From: an uncultured delta proteobacterium | GTDB lineage: Bacteria > Myxococcota > Myxococcia > SLRQ01 | Length of the DNA: 64,000 bases | NCBI GenBank assembly: GCA_963727485.1 | Contig: CAVSGM010000002.1 | Location: forward strand, 1,760,001 to 1,824,000 | Direction of reading: 5' to 3' | Shown: piece by piece, positions 1 through 8,807 of the stretch | Position numbering within the stretch: the stretch's first letter is position 1 | How the letters are laid out: every line of letters begins with the position of its first letter | Notes under the pieces: model-generated | Database searches by the model: none | What the model was told of the DNA's origin: nothing | The model's input: only the letters and a program-made list of their open reading frames with translations | Made by a program: the position numbers and the translations under genes

Positions 1-261
1 TCGCGGCTCTTCGTGGGCAACCTCGACCGGGACACCAGCGCCAAGGGCCTCCGGGAGCACTTCGCCGGCTCCGGCCACGAGGTGGTCGAGGCCGACGTGG
101 TCACCGACCGGATGAGCGGCCAGTCCCGGGGCTTCGCCTTCGTCGACATGGAGAGCCCCGAGGCCGCCAGGCAGGCCGTCGACGCCCTCGACGGCGTCAA
201 CCTCGACGGCCGGCCCCTGCGCGTCCGACTCGCCAGCGATCGGCCGCCCGCGCGGCACTGA
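1..261 (+). CDS. RRM (RNP-1) RNA-binding protein, 5' end just outside the window
   Basis: Frame open from base 1: SRLFVGNL (RNP-2), [18 protein letters not shown] (RNP-1), LDGRPLRV. Confidence 0.93.
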   Translation, partial: SRLFVGNLDRDTSAKGLREHFAGSGHEVVEADVVTDRMSGQSRGFAFVDMESPEAARQAVDALDGVNLDGRPLRVRLASDRPPARH

Positions 262-377
262 CGCCGCGACCCCACCTATCCGGCCGCCCCCCGCGGCCAC
301 CTCTACGCCCCGGGCCGCGTCCTGCGCGCCCGGCGCCCCGATCCCGGGCCACCCAAGGTGCGCCCGAAGGAGCCAGT

Positions 378-1712
378 TTGACCCACTTCAGCGATCTGAA
401 CCTCATCGAGCCCCTGCACCGCGCCCTGCGCGACGTGGGCTACGAGACCCCCACCCCCATCCAGGCCCAGTCGATCCCCGCCCTCCTCGAGGGCCGGGAC
501 CTCCTCGGCTGCGCCCAGACCGGCACCGGCAAGACCGCGGCCTTCGCCCTGCCCACCCTCCAGCGCCTCGCCGCCGAGCCCCGCCGCCCGGCGCCGAAGT
601 CCATGCGCGCCCTGGTCCTCACCCCCACCCGGGAGCTCGCCCTCCAGGTGGAGGAGAGCGTGCGCACCTACGGCCGCCACCTCAAGCTCACCAGCGCCGT
701 GATCTTCGGCGGCGTCGGCCAGACCCCCCAGGTCCGGGCGCTGGCCCGGGGCGTCGACATCCTGGTGGCCACCCCCGGCCGCCTCCTCGACCTCTTTGGC
801 CAGGGCCACCTGCGCTTCGACACCGTGGAGGTCTTCGTCCTCGACGAGGCCGACCGGATGCTCGACATGGGCTTCATCCACGACGTGCGCAAGGTCATCA
901 AGGCCCTGCCCGCCAAGCGCCAGTCGCTCTTCTTCTCGGCGACCCTCCCGGCGCCCATCGTGTCGCTGGCACGGACCATCGTCCACGACCCGGTCAAGGT
1001 CGAGGTGAGCCCCGGCGAGCCCGCCGTCGACCGCATCGACCAGCGCCTCTACTACCTCGAGCGCGGCGGCAAGCCGGGGCTCCTGCGCGAGCTCCTCGAC
1101 GGCGACGAGGTGGCCCGGGCCATCGTCTTCACCCGGACCAAGCACGGGGCCAACCGCCTGGTGCGCCAGCTCGGCGAGGGTGAGGCCATCCACGGCAACA
1201 AGTCCCAGAACGCCCGGGTCCGGGCCCTGGAGAACTTCCGCACCGGCCGCACCCGGGTGCTGGTGGCCACCGACATCGCCGCCCGGGGCATCGACGTCGA
1301 CGGCATCACCCACGTGGTCAACTACGACCTCCCCAACGAGCCGGAGAGCTACGTCCACCGCATCGGGCGCACCGCCCGGGCGGGGACCCGGGGCACCGCC
1401 ATCAGCTTCTGCCAGCCCGAGGAGCAGCCCCAGCTCGCCGCCATCGAGCGCCTCCTCGCCCGGGCCATCCCGGTCCACGGGGGCCGGCCCGCTTCGGCCG
1501 GGGTCGTGGCCCAGGCCACCGCCCGGGGCAACGAGCGGTCCGGCCGGGGGCGCGGGTCCGGCGGGGGCCGGGGTCCCGGAGGCCAGGGCCGCGGCCCCGG
1601 TGGCCGGTCCCAGGGCCGGGGCGGCAGCGGGGGCGGTCGGCGCCGGGGCGGCCGCGGCGGCCAGGGCGGCGGCCGCGGGCAGGGCGGAAGCCGCGACGCC
1701 CGCGCCGAGTAA
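378..1712 (+). CDS. rhlE: DEAD-box ATP-dependent RNA helicase, RhlE-like
   Basis: Q-motif [45 protein letters not shown]; Gly/Arg-rich tail; TTG start after GAAGGAG. Confidence 0.9.
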   Translation: MTHFSDLNLIEPLHRALRDVGYETPTPIQAQSIPALLEGRDLLGCAQTGTGKTAAFALPTLQRLAAEPRRPAPKSMRALVLTPTRELALQVEESVRTYGRHLKLTSAVIFGGVGQTPQVRALARGVDILVATPGRLLDLFGQGHLRFDTVEVFVLDEADRMLDMGFIHDVRKVIKALPAKRQSLFFSATLPAPIVSLARTIVHDPVKVEVSPGEPAVDRIDQRLYYLERGGKPGLLRELLDGDEVARAIVFTRTKHGANRLVRQLGEGEAIHGNKSQNARVRALENFRTGRTRVLVATDIAARGIDVDGITHVVNYDLPNEPESYVHRIGRTARAGTRGTAISFCQPEEQPQLAAIERLLARAIPVHGGRPASAGVVAQATARGNERSGRGRGSGGGRGPGGQGRGPGGRSQGRGGSGGGRRRGGRGGQGGGRGQGGSRDARAE

Positions 1713-1806
1713 CCCACGCCCGGGGCCGTGCGGCGGGTGCCGGGGGAGCCCGGCCCGTCGCCGCGCCCCGCTTCTGCCCGCGCCGGGCGCATGGTAACTG
1801 ACCGCC

Positions 1807-2269
1807 ATGCGACCCGCGCCCCCGACCGTTCCCCTGCCCTTCGAGGGTGGCTGCGCCTGCCAGGCGGTGCGCTACCGGGTGACCGCGAAGCCGGTGGCCA
1901 TGCTCAACTGCCACTGCCGCGACTGCCAGCGCTCGAGCGGCACCGCCTACAGCTCCATCCTGGTGGTCCCGGCCCCGGCCTTCACCCTCCTCCAGGGTGC
2001 GCCGAGGGCCCATGAGACCCTCGCCGAGAGCGGCAACCGGGTGCGCCGCGAGCACTGCCCCACCTGCGGCGCGCCCCTCTTCGCCCGGAACGCCAGCCTC
2101 ACCGGCTTCGTGGGCATCCGGCCGGCGAGCCTCGACGACCCGAGCTGGTTTTCGCCCACGGTGGACATCTGGACGGCCAGTGCCCACCCCTGGGACGTGA
2201 TCGGATCCCGATCGACCGAGGCTTCCCCGGGGCCCCACGGACACCGACCGCCAGGGGAGGACCCCATGA
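1807..2269 (+). CDS. GFA/CENP-V family Zn-binding protein (one extra base near 2202)
   Basis: GGCACQAVRY, CHCRDCQR, HCPTCG; removing one base at ~2202 gives WDVMDPDRPRLPRGP and a TGA at 2267-2269 overlapping the next ATG. Confidence 0.8.
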
Positions 2270-2664
2270 CCGGCCCGACCCAGCGATTCCCCATCCGCTT
2301 CGAGCGCTGGTACACGGCGCTCTCGACCCTGACCCTCCTGCCCCCGTCGTCGGCGTGGATCGAGGTCGGCCCCCAGGAGGTCACCTGCCGGATGGGCTGG
2401 GCCTTCCGGGCGCGCGTCCCCCACGCCGCGGTGATCTCCGCCGAACCCTGGCCGGGTTGGACCCCCAGCCGGGGCGTCCACGGCTTCGCCGGCCGGTGGC
2501 TGGTCAACGGCTCGGGCAAGGGCCTGGTCTCGATCGTCTTCGATCCGCCCCCGCGGGCCTACGCCGTGGGCTTCCCGGTGAGGCTCCGGGAGCTCATCGT
2601 CAGCGTCGACGATCCGCCGGCGCTGATGGCGGCGCTGCGGGCGGGGGCGGCCGCCGGGCCCTAG
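2266..2664 (+). CDS. Conserved hypothetical protein (VRMGWAF...GVHG..GRWLVNGS type)
   Basis: Own RBS GGAGG and ATG at 2266; shown fused to GFA in the ORF track only because of the upstream indel. Confidence 0.7.
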   Translation: MTGPTQRFPIRFERWYTALSTLTLLPPSSAWIEVGPQEVTCRMGWAFRARVPHAAVISAEPWPGWTPSRGVHGFAGRWLVNGSGKGLVSIVFDPPPRAYAVGFPVRLRELIVSVDDPPALMAALRAGAAAGP

Positions 2665-3783
2665 TTGCCGTCGCGGGCCGCCAGCGCCGCGCCCACCGCC
2701 GCGCGCACCGCCGCCGCCTGGGTCGCCACCTGCCGTCGAGCCTGGACCACCCAGAGCAGCGTCGTCCCCACGTCGGGGACGAAGGCGTCGAGGAGCCGCT
2801 TGCCCACCGGGTTGTAGAGCCACCAGAAGGCGCCCGCCGCCTGGCGCGCCAGGGGCGCCGGCGCCTTTGGGCCCGGGTGCTCGGCGAAGGCCATGAGCCG
2901 CCGGAAGTAGGGATCGACGCGCTGCCGGGTGTCGCCGGGGTCATAGAGGAGCTGGCCCAGGGCCCCGGCCCGGTGGCGCAGCCGCTCGCGCTCCCGGGAC
3001 TCGAGCAGACCGAGGACGAACTGGAAGCGCAGGTACTCGGTGATCACCGTCTGGCGGAGGTCGACGACCTTGGGGTCGAGGTCGGTGAGGCGGTCGGAGA
3101 GGGCCCCGAGGGCGCGACCCACCGCCGGCCCCCGCCAGTCGGCCTCGTTGGGGTCGGCGAGGAGGGTCGCCACCAGGTGCAGGCTCCGGGATAGCTGGGC
3201 GAGGGACTTCAGCTGCCCCAGGCCGGTCCGGGCCGAGGCGGCGTAGCGCTGGTCCAGGGCCAGGAGCGCGCCGGCGCGGTGGAGGGCGTCGGCCATCCGG
3301 TGACCGGTGGCGTCGGCGAGGGCGGCGACCTCGGCGACCCGGTGGAGCTGGGTCAGGGCCATGAGGGGGCAGGGCTGGGTGATGTCGGGGCTGCAGGCCT
3401 CGACGAACGCCGGCCGGGCGGACATGGCCCCGAGCCTGGCCAGCCCCGGTGCCCCGGCCACGGCGATCGCGGCCAGGGCTGTCGGCCTGGGCGACGGCGG
3501 CGTCCCACCGGGCCCTCGGGGCGGTCTTCCGGCCGCCGCAGATGCCGCTCACCGCCTCGGGGAGGTGGGGCAGGGCCACCTGGTGCGCCGCCTTCGCCAG
3601 GAGCGTCCAGCCGTTCTGCGCCGGCGGGGGCAGGGGCGGGAGATTGCGCGTGGTGTAGAGGGGCTTCGGGGGCGATTGGCGCATCAGGACGGTGATCGCC
3701 GTCCAGGCCCCCACCCCGAGCCCCAGGATGATCACGAGGAAGAGCACCCCCGTCCGGAGGCCCGCGAACCGTCGCGTCGCCAT
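2661..3783 (-). CDS. Membrane-anchored hypothetical protein (frameshift ~3480)
   Basis: N-terminal TM VLFLVIILGLGVGAWTAITVL in the 3783 frame; continues (ALAAIAVAGAPGL...WWLYNPVGKRLL) in the 2661 frame after one extra A. Confidence 0.65.
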
Positions 3784-3880
3784 CGGGGCATCCTACACCG
3801 AGGCGCCTGGGGCGTCGTCCCCGTGCCCGCGGCGCTGGCCCGGGAGCGCCGGCGATCCTAACTGGAACGAAGGGGGAACC

Positions 3881-4432
3881 ATGGAGCCGACCGAGATCCT
3901 GAGGCAGGAGCATCGGGTCATCGAGAAGGTCCTCGCGGCCACGGACGCGGCGGTGGTGCGGATGGGCGTCGGGGGCCACGTGTCCCCGCGCTTCTTCGCC
4001 GACGTCGTGGACTTCGCCCAGGCCTTCGCCGATGGCTGCCACCACGTGAAGGAGGAGGAGGTGCTCTTCCGGCGCCTCGGGGAGCGCGGGCTGTCCAGCG
4101 AGGTGGCCACCCTCGCCGCGGAGCACGCGGAGATCCGGCACCTCACCCGGCGCCTCGCCGAGGCGGTGGCCCAGTGGAGGGCCGGCGATCCCCTGGCGCC
4201 CGAGCGCGCCCGCCGCACCGCGCGCCACTACGTGGACCTCCTCCGCGAGCACCTCCGCGAGGAGGACCAGCTGGTCTTCCCCACCGTGGAGCGGACCTTC
4301 TCGGAGGCCGACCGGGCAGAGATGGCCGGCGCCCTCGAGGCGGTGGAGGCGACGCACGGCGGCGAGGCGCTCCACGAGAAGTACGCCTGGCTCGCCGAGT
4401 CCCTGGAGGTCGAGGCTCGCGCGACGGCGTGA
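3881..4432 (+). CDS. Hemerythrin (HHE) domain protein
   Basis: LRQEHRVI, CHHVKEEEVLF, AEHAEIR, LREHLREEDQLVFP; ATG after AAGGGGG. Confidence 0.9.
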   Translation: MEPTEILRQEHRVIEKVLAATDAAVVRMGVGGHVSPRFFADVVDFAQAFADGCHHVKEEEVLFRRLGERGLSSEVATLAAEHAEIRHLTRRLAEAVAQWRAGDPLAPERARRTARHYVDLLREHLREEDQLVFPTVERTFSEADRAEMAGALEAVEATHGGEALHEKYAWLAESLEVEARATA

Positions 4433-4475
4433 CCGGGTGCGCCGGCGCGCGGCCGGTGCCATGATGGCCGGCGCC

Positions 4476-4991
4476 ATGGGCATCCTCGAGACCCGGCGCC
4501 TCGTCCTCCGCCACTTCGAGCTCGACGACCTCGACGCCATGCACGCCCTCTTCGGCGATCCGGAGGTGGTGCGGTGGATGGGCGACGGCCAGGTCCTCAC
4601 CCGCGACCGCTGCGCCGAGTGGATCCGGGTGTGCCGGCGCAACTACGCCACCCGGGGCTACGGCGCCTCGGCGGTGGTGGAGAAGGCCACCGGCGCGCTG
4701 GTGGGCCTCTGCGGCGTCGTCCACCCCCAGGGTCGCGACGCCGCGGAGATCCTCTACGCCTTCGCGCCGGGGCGCTGGGGACGCGGCTACGCCAGCGAGC
4801 TGGTGCCCGCGGTGCTCGAGGCCGCCCTCGGCCCCTGGGGCCTCCCCCGGGTGCTGGCGACCGTGGCCCCGGAGAACCTCGCCTCCGCCCGGATCGCCGA
4901 GAAGGCGGGCATGGTGCGCCGCCCCGACGAGCTCGACGACGACGGCCTGCCGATGCGCGTCTACGCCGCGGAGCGGGCGGCGTCACCGTAG
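4476..4991 (+). CDS. GNAT acetyltransferase, RimJ/RimL-like
   Basis: ILETRRLVLRHF, RWGRGYASE, PENLASARIAEKAGM; start could also be 4461 or 4464. Confidence 0.88.
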   Translation: MGILETRRLVLRHFELDDLDAMHALFGDPEVVRWMGDGQVLTRDRCAEWIRVCRRNYATRGYGASAVVEKATGALVGLCGVVHPQGRDAAEILYAFAPGRWGRGYASELVPAVLEAALGPWGLPRVLATVAPENLASARIAEKAGMVRRPDELDDDGLPMRVYAAERAASP

Positions 4992-5304
4992 GCCCAGGAG
5001 CCGCCACACCCGCTCCAGCGAGATCGCGTAGTGCACCGCGATCACGCCCCCGAGGACCGTGGCGTCACGGGGGGCCATGGCGGCAAGCTACGGCCTCGGG
5101 GGAGGCGGCGCCCCCGCCCGTCGATCCGTGACCGGGCGCCAGGGCGCGGTGCGGGGCCCCGCCTGGACCCCTCTGAACGCGTCACAACGTATCCCATTGG
5201 GGCGATTCGCCCCAACGTATCCCAACGTGATGCATTCGACGGGGCCCGATGGAGGGTTGCCGCACCCCCGCCGGGTGCCGATTGTTCGGGAAGGAGGCCA
5301 GCCA

Positions 5305-5670
5305 ATGACCTACAGACCCGGCCAGGTGTGGAACTACCAGGTGCGCCCCGGCGACGAGGGCTCCACCTTCACCATCCTTCGCGTGGAGGTCGACGCCGCC
5401 GCCGAGGAGATCGTCCACATCATGGTGCAGGGCGTCCACCTCGTCCCCGGCGACGCGCCCCAGGTGCTCAGCCACATCCCCATCCTCCGCGAGGCCCTCG
5501 ACGGGAGCGTCACCGAGCGGGTCTCGGAGAGCTCGCGGCTCCCGGACTACAGCGCCGACTACGAGCCCTGGCGCGAGGCCTACGAGAAGGGCGAGGCCGG
5601 GGTGTTCTCGGGGACGGTGGCCGAGGCGGTGGACTACGTGGCCGCGGAGGTCCGGGCGGGGGTAGGCTGA
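5305..5670 (+). CDS. Conserved hypothetical protein
   Basis: Strong RBS AAGGAGG; GQVWNYQVRPGDEGS...HIPI...WREAYEKGEAGVF; coding-like GC3. Confidence 0.8.
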   Translation: MTYRPGQVWNYQVRPGDEGSTFTILRVEVDAAAEEIVHIMVQGVHLVPGDAPQVLSHIPILREALDGSVTERVSESSRLPDYSADYEPWREAYEKGEAGVFSGTVAEAVDYVAAEVRAGVG

Positions 5671-5675
5671 CGCCC

Positions 5676-6443
5676 ATGCCGACCCTGCCGCCCGAGACCG
5701 CCGCCACCGTCCTCGTCGACCCGAGGTTCAACGGCCCGCCGGCCTCGGCCAACGGCGGCTACACCTGCGGGCGCCTCGCCGCCTACCTCGAGGGGACGGT
5801 GACGGTGCGCCTCAAGGCCCCGCCGCCCCTGGACGCGCCCCTCATGGTGGCAAGCGACGGGGACCGGGTGCGGCTGGTCGACGGAGACACGGTGGTCGCC
5901 GAGGCGCGGCCCGGCACCCTGGACCTCGAGGTCCCGGCGGCCCCGGCCTTCGAGGCCGCGGCGCAGGCGAGCCGGGGCTACAGCGGGTTTGCGCGTCACT
6001 GGTACCCCACCTGCTTCGTCTGCGGCCCCGAGCGCGCCGCCGGCGACGGGCTGCGGATCTTCGCCGGGCCGGTCGCCGCTCCGGGCGCGGCCACCCCGGG
6101 CACCGGTACCGGCGAGGGGCCCGTGATGGTCGCCGCGCCCTTCGTCCCCGGGGACGACCTCGCCGGCCCCGGGGGCACCGTGGCCCCGGTCTACCTGTGG
6201 TCCGCCCTCGACTGCCCCGGGGCCTTCGCCTTCGACGTCCCGGACGACCGGGCGATCCTCCTCGGGGAGCTCACCGCCCGGATCGACGGGTCGGTGCGCC
6301 CGGGAGACCGGTGTGTGGTCATCGCCTGGGCGCTCGGCGCCGAGGGGCGCAAGCACTTCACCGGCTCGGCGCTCTTCCACGAGGGAGTGCGCGTCGCCGC
6401 CGCCCGGGCCACCTGGATCGAGGTCCCGGCCGGCGCCGCCTGA
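5676..6443 (+). CDS. Double hotdog-fold thioesterase-like protein
   Basis: RFNGPPASANGGYTCG, CFVCG, WSALDCPG, EGRKHFTGSAL. Confidence 0.8.
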   Translation: MPTLPPETAATVLVDPRFNGPPASANGGYTCGRLAAYLEGTVTVRLKAPPPLDAPLMVASDGDRVRLVDGDTVVAEARPGTLDLEVPAAPAFEAAAQASRGYSGFARHWYPTCFVCGPERAAGDGLRIFAGPVAAPGAATPGTGTGEGPVMVAAPFVPGDDLAGPGGTVAPVYLWSALDCPGAFAFDVPDDRAILLGELTARIDGSVRPGDRCVVIAWALGAEGRKHFTGSALFHEGVRVAAARATWIEVPAGAA

Positions 6444-6587
6444 CCCGTCGCCTCCGGCGCGCGGTCAGGGGTCGAGGTGGCGCGCGGCCACCGGGGTCTC
6501 CCCGTCGGGGCCGACCGCGTAGGCCCGGGAAAAGCGCCCGCCCCCCCGTTGCGCCCGGGCCGGCGCTTCCACTATCACCGACGGACC

Positions 6588-7427
6588 ATGTACCGCGATC
6601 GCACCGTCGGGGTGGTCCTCCCGGTTCGCCAGGCGGCCGGCTTCGTCGAGTCGCTCCTCGGCGACCTGCCGGCCTTCGTGGACCGGGTGGTGGTCGTCGA
6701 CGACGGGAGCACCGACGGCACCGCCGCCATCGCCCGCCGCGCCGCCGGGGGGCCCGGGTCCCGCTTCGGGGCCCGGGTCCAGGTGCTGGTCCACCCCTCG
6801 CCCCAGGGGCCCGGGGCCGCGGTGGTCACCGGGTACCGGGCGCTGCTGGCCCTGGGCCTCGACCTGGTGGTCGCCCTCGACCACGCCGGGCGCCTCGACG
6901 GCGCCGACCTGGCCCGCCTCCTCGATCCCCTGGTCGACGGGGACATCGACTTCGTGAAGGGCACCCGGCTCCGCCATCCCTTCGTGCGGCACGTGGGCCG
7001 GGGGGAGCGGGTCCGGGCGGCGGCCCTCTCGGCGCTCGGGCGCTGGGTCACCGGTGCCCGCAGCCTCTCCGACGCCGGCTGCCTCCACCACGCCCTCACC
7101 GCCGACGCCCTGCGCTGCCTGCCCCTCAACGAGATGTGGCGCGGCGACGCCTTCTTCCTCGACCTGCTGGCCAAGGTCGCCGCCGCCGGGCTCGCCGCCG
7201 AGGAGGTCCCGGTGCGGCCCACCTCGCGGCGGCTGGTGGGGCGCCGGGTGCCCCACCGCCTGCTCCTGGTCGCCGCCCGCTCGGCCCTGCGCCGGCTGCG
7301 GCCCGCCAGGATCACCGTGCTCCCCCCGAGCGCCCGGATGAGCGCCCGGTCCAGCGCCCGGATGGCCGCGGCCCGCGAGGTGAACCCCCCGCCCCAAGCC
7401 CTGCCCCGGGAGCGCCCCGCCGGCTGA
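6588..7427 (+). CDS. Glycosyltransferase family 2 (DPM1-like), degenerate motifs
   Basis: MYRDRTVGVVLP, VVVDDGSTDGT, GAAVVTGY, DFVKGTR. Confidence 0.8.
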   Translation: MYRDRTVGVVLPVRQAAGFVESLLGDLPAFVDRVVVVDDGSTDGTAAIARRAAGGPGSRFGARVQVLVHPSPQGPGAAVVTGYRALLALGLDLVVALDHAGRLDGADLARLLDPLVDGDIDFVKGTRLRHPFVRHVGRGERVRAAALSALGRWVTGARSLSDAGCLHHALTADALRCLPLNEMWRGDAFFLDLLAKVAAAGLAAEEVPVRPTSRRLVGRRVPHRLLLVAARSALRRLRPARITVLPPSARMSARSSARMAAAREVNPPPQALPRERPAG

Positions 7428-7460
7428 CGCCCGCCGCCGGTGCGCCGCGCAGGCCCCGCC

Positions 7461-8807
7461 TCAGCGTCGCTTGTGGCCGAGGAGGTTGCGGTCGAAGATC
7501 AGGAGGTAGGCGCCGACCGGCCGGTGGCCGATCCGGTGGCCCACCGCCAGCACCACCAGGCGCCCGGGGCCCTTGCCGTCGAGGCGGGCGATCACCGCGT
7601 CGCGGAACTGACCTTCGAAGATCGAGTCGTCCCGGTTGTCGAAGACCCAGGGCTGGCGCCCCGGGCCGTAGGCCCAGAGGCGGTCCCCGTCGAAGCCGAC
7701 AATCACGTCCCCGGGCTTTCGGTCGAGGGGCCCGGCGGCGAGGCCGGCCTCCACCCCGGCCACCGGCTCGATCGCGAGCTCGTCGCCCCCGGGGGCGTAG
7801 GCCGGCCCCCCCGGCGGCCGGCGCGCCCCGGGGTTGCGGTAGAGGTTGAGGAAGGTCACGCCCCGGGCGTTGAGGCGCCCGAAGCGCTGGGTGAGGCAGG
7901 CGAGGTCCGGTCGGGGCGAGGACACCCTCGTCAGGAGCAGGACCCGGCCCCGGATGTCCACGCCGCCGGGCAGGGGGCCCTGGAGCGGAAGCTCGCCCCA
8001 GGGGACCAGGTGGCCGCCGCCGGTGTTGTGGAGGACCACCGCCCGGGACCCGCGGAAGGTGCCGGCGACGGTGGCCAGGTCGACGCGCCCGTCGCCGTCC
8101 ACGTCCCCGGCGGCGAGGCTCCCGTTCACCCGGCCGGCGATCCGGACGGCGAGGACGGTGGTGGCGGTGAAGTGCCCCGACCGGTCCCGGTGCCAAATCC
8201 GGACGCTGCGGCTGCCGGGATCGAAGGAGGCGAGCTCCGCGTGGCCGTCCCCGTCGAGGTCGGCGAGGACCACCGCCGCGTTGGCGAGGGGCGCGTCGTC
8301 GGTGCCCACGAACCCGGCGAAGCGCATCGTCTCGCCCTTTGGGCCCCGGCCCCCGAGGAAGACCGCCGTGGCCTGGGTGTAGGAGACCACCAGGTCGGGG
8401 TGCCCGTCGCCGTCGAGGTCGCCGGCGGCCACCGAGCGCACCTGACTGCCCGGGGCCACCCGCCGCGCCAGGGCCCCGGCGTGGGTCACCGGCAGGGAGA
8501 CCACCGTCCGGGCGTCGCCCCGAAGGAGGAAGAAGGGGCTGCGGAAGCCGCCGCCGGTGCGCGCGAGCCCCGCCACCGCCAGGACGTCCTCGCGTCCGTC
8601 GCCGTCGAAGTCGCCGGTGACCAGCCGGGTGGGGCCCCCGCGCGCCGGGCTCCACCGGGGGTCCTCCATGAGGGTCACGACCCGGAACGGCGGCGGGGCG
8701 TACCACCGCGTCAGGGCGGGGAGGTTGCCGAGGACCACCAGGCCGGCGGTGACCGTGGCGGCGATCCCGACCCCGATCCAGACGAGGGTGCGGAGGAGAT
8801 GCTTCAT
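7461..8807 (-). CDS. FG-GAP/VCBS repeat beta-propeller protein with N-terminal membrane anchor
   Basis: GDFDGDGREDV, GDLDGDGHPDL, ADLDGDGHAEL, GDVDGDGRVDL; ATGA overlap with the upstream gene stop. Confidence 0.85.
   Translation of the reverse strand: MKHLLRTLVWIGVGIAATVTAGLVVLGNLPALTRWYAPPPFRVVTLMEDPRWSPARGGPTRLVTGDFDGDGREDVLAVAGLARTGGGFRSPFFLLRGDARTVVSLPVTHAGALARRVAPGSQVRSVAAGDLDGDGHPDLVVSYTQATAVFLGGRGPKGETMRFAGFVGTDDAPLANAAVVLADLDGDGHAELASFDPGSRSVRIWHRDRSGHFTATTVLAVRIAGRVNGSLAAGDVDGDGRVDLATVAGTFRGSRAVVLHNTGGGHLVPWGELPLQGPLPGGVDIRGRVLLLTRVSSPRPDLACLTQRFGRLNARGVTFLNLYRNPGARRPPGGPAYAPGGDELAIEPVAGVEAGLAAGPLDRKPGDVIVGFDGDRLWAYGPGRQPWVFDNRDDSIFEGQFRDAVIARLDGKGPGRLVVLAVGHRIGHRPVGAYLLIFDRNLLGHKRR

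Noticed and set aside
1807..2664. Apparent novel GFA fusion protein of 285 aa
   Set aside because: One extra base near 2202 explains it; correction restores a typical GFA end, an ATGA overlap and an RBS for the second gene
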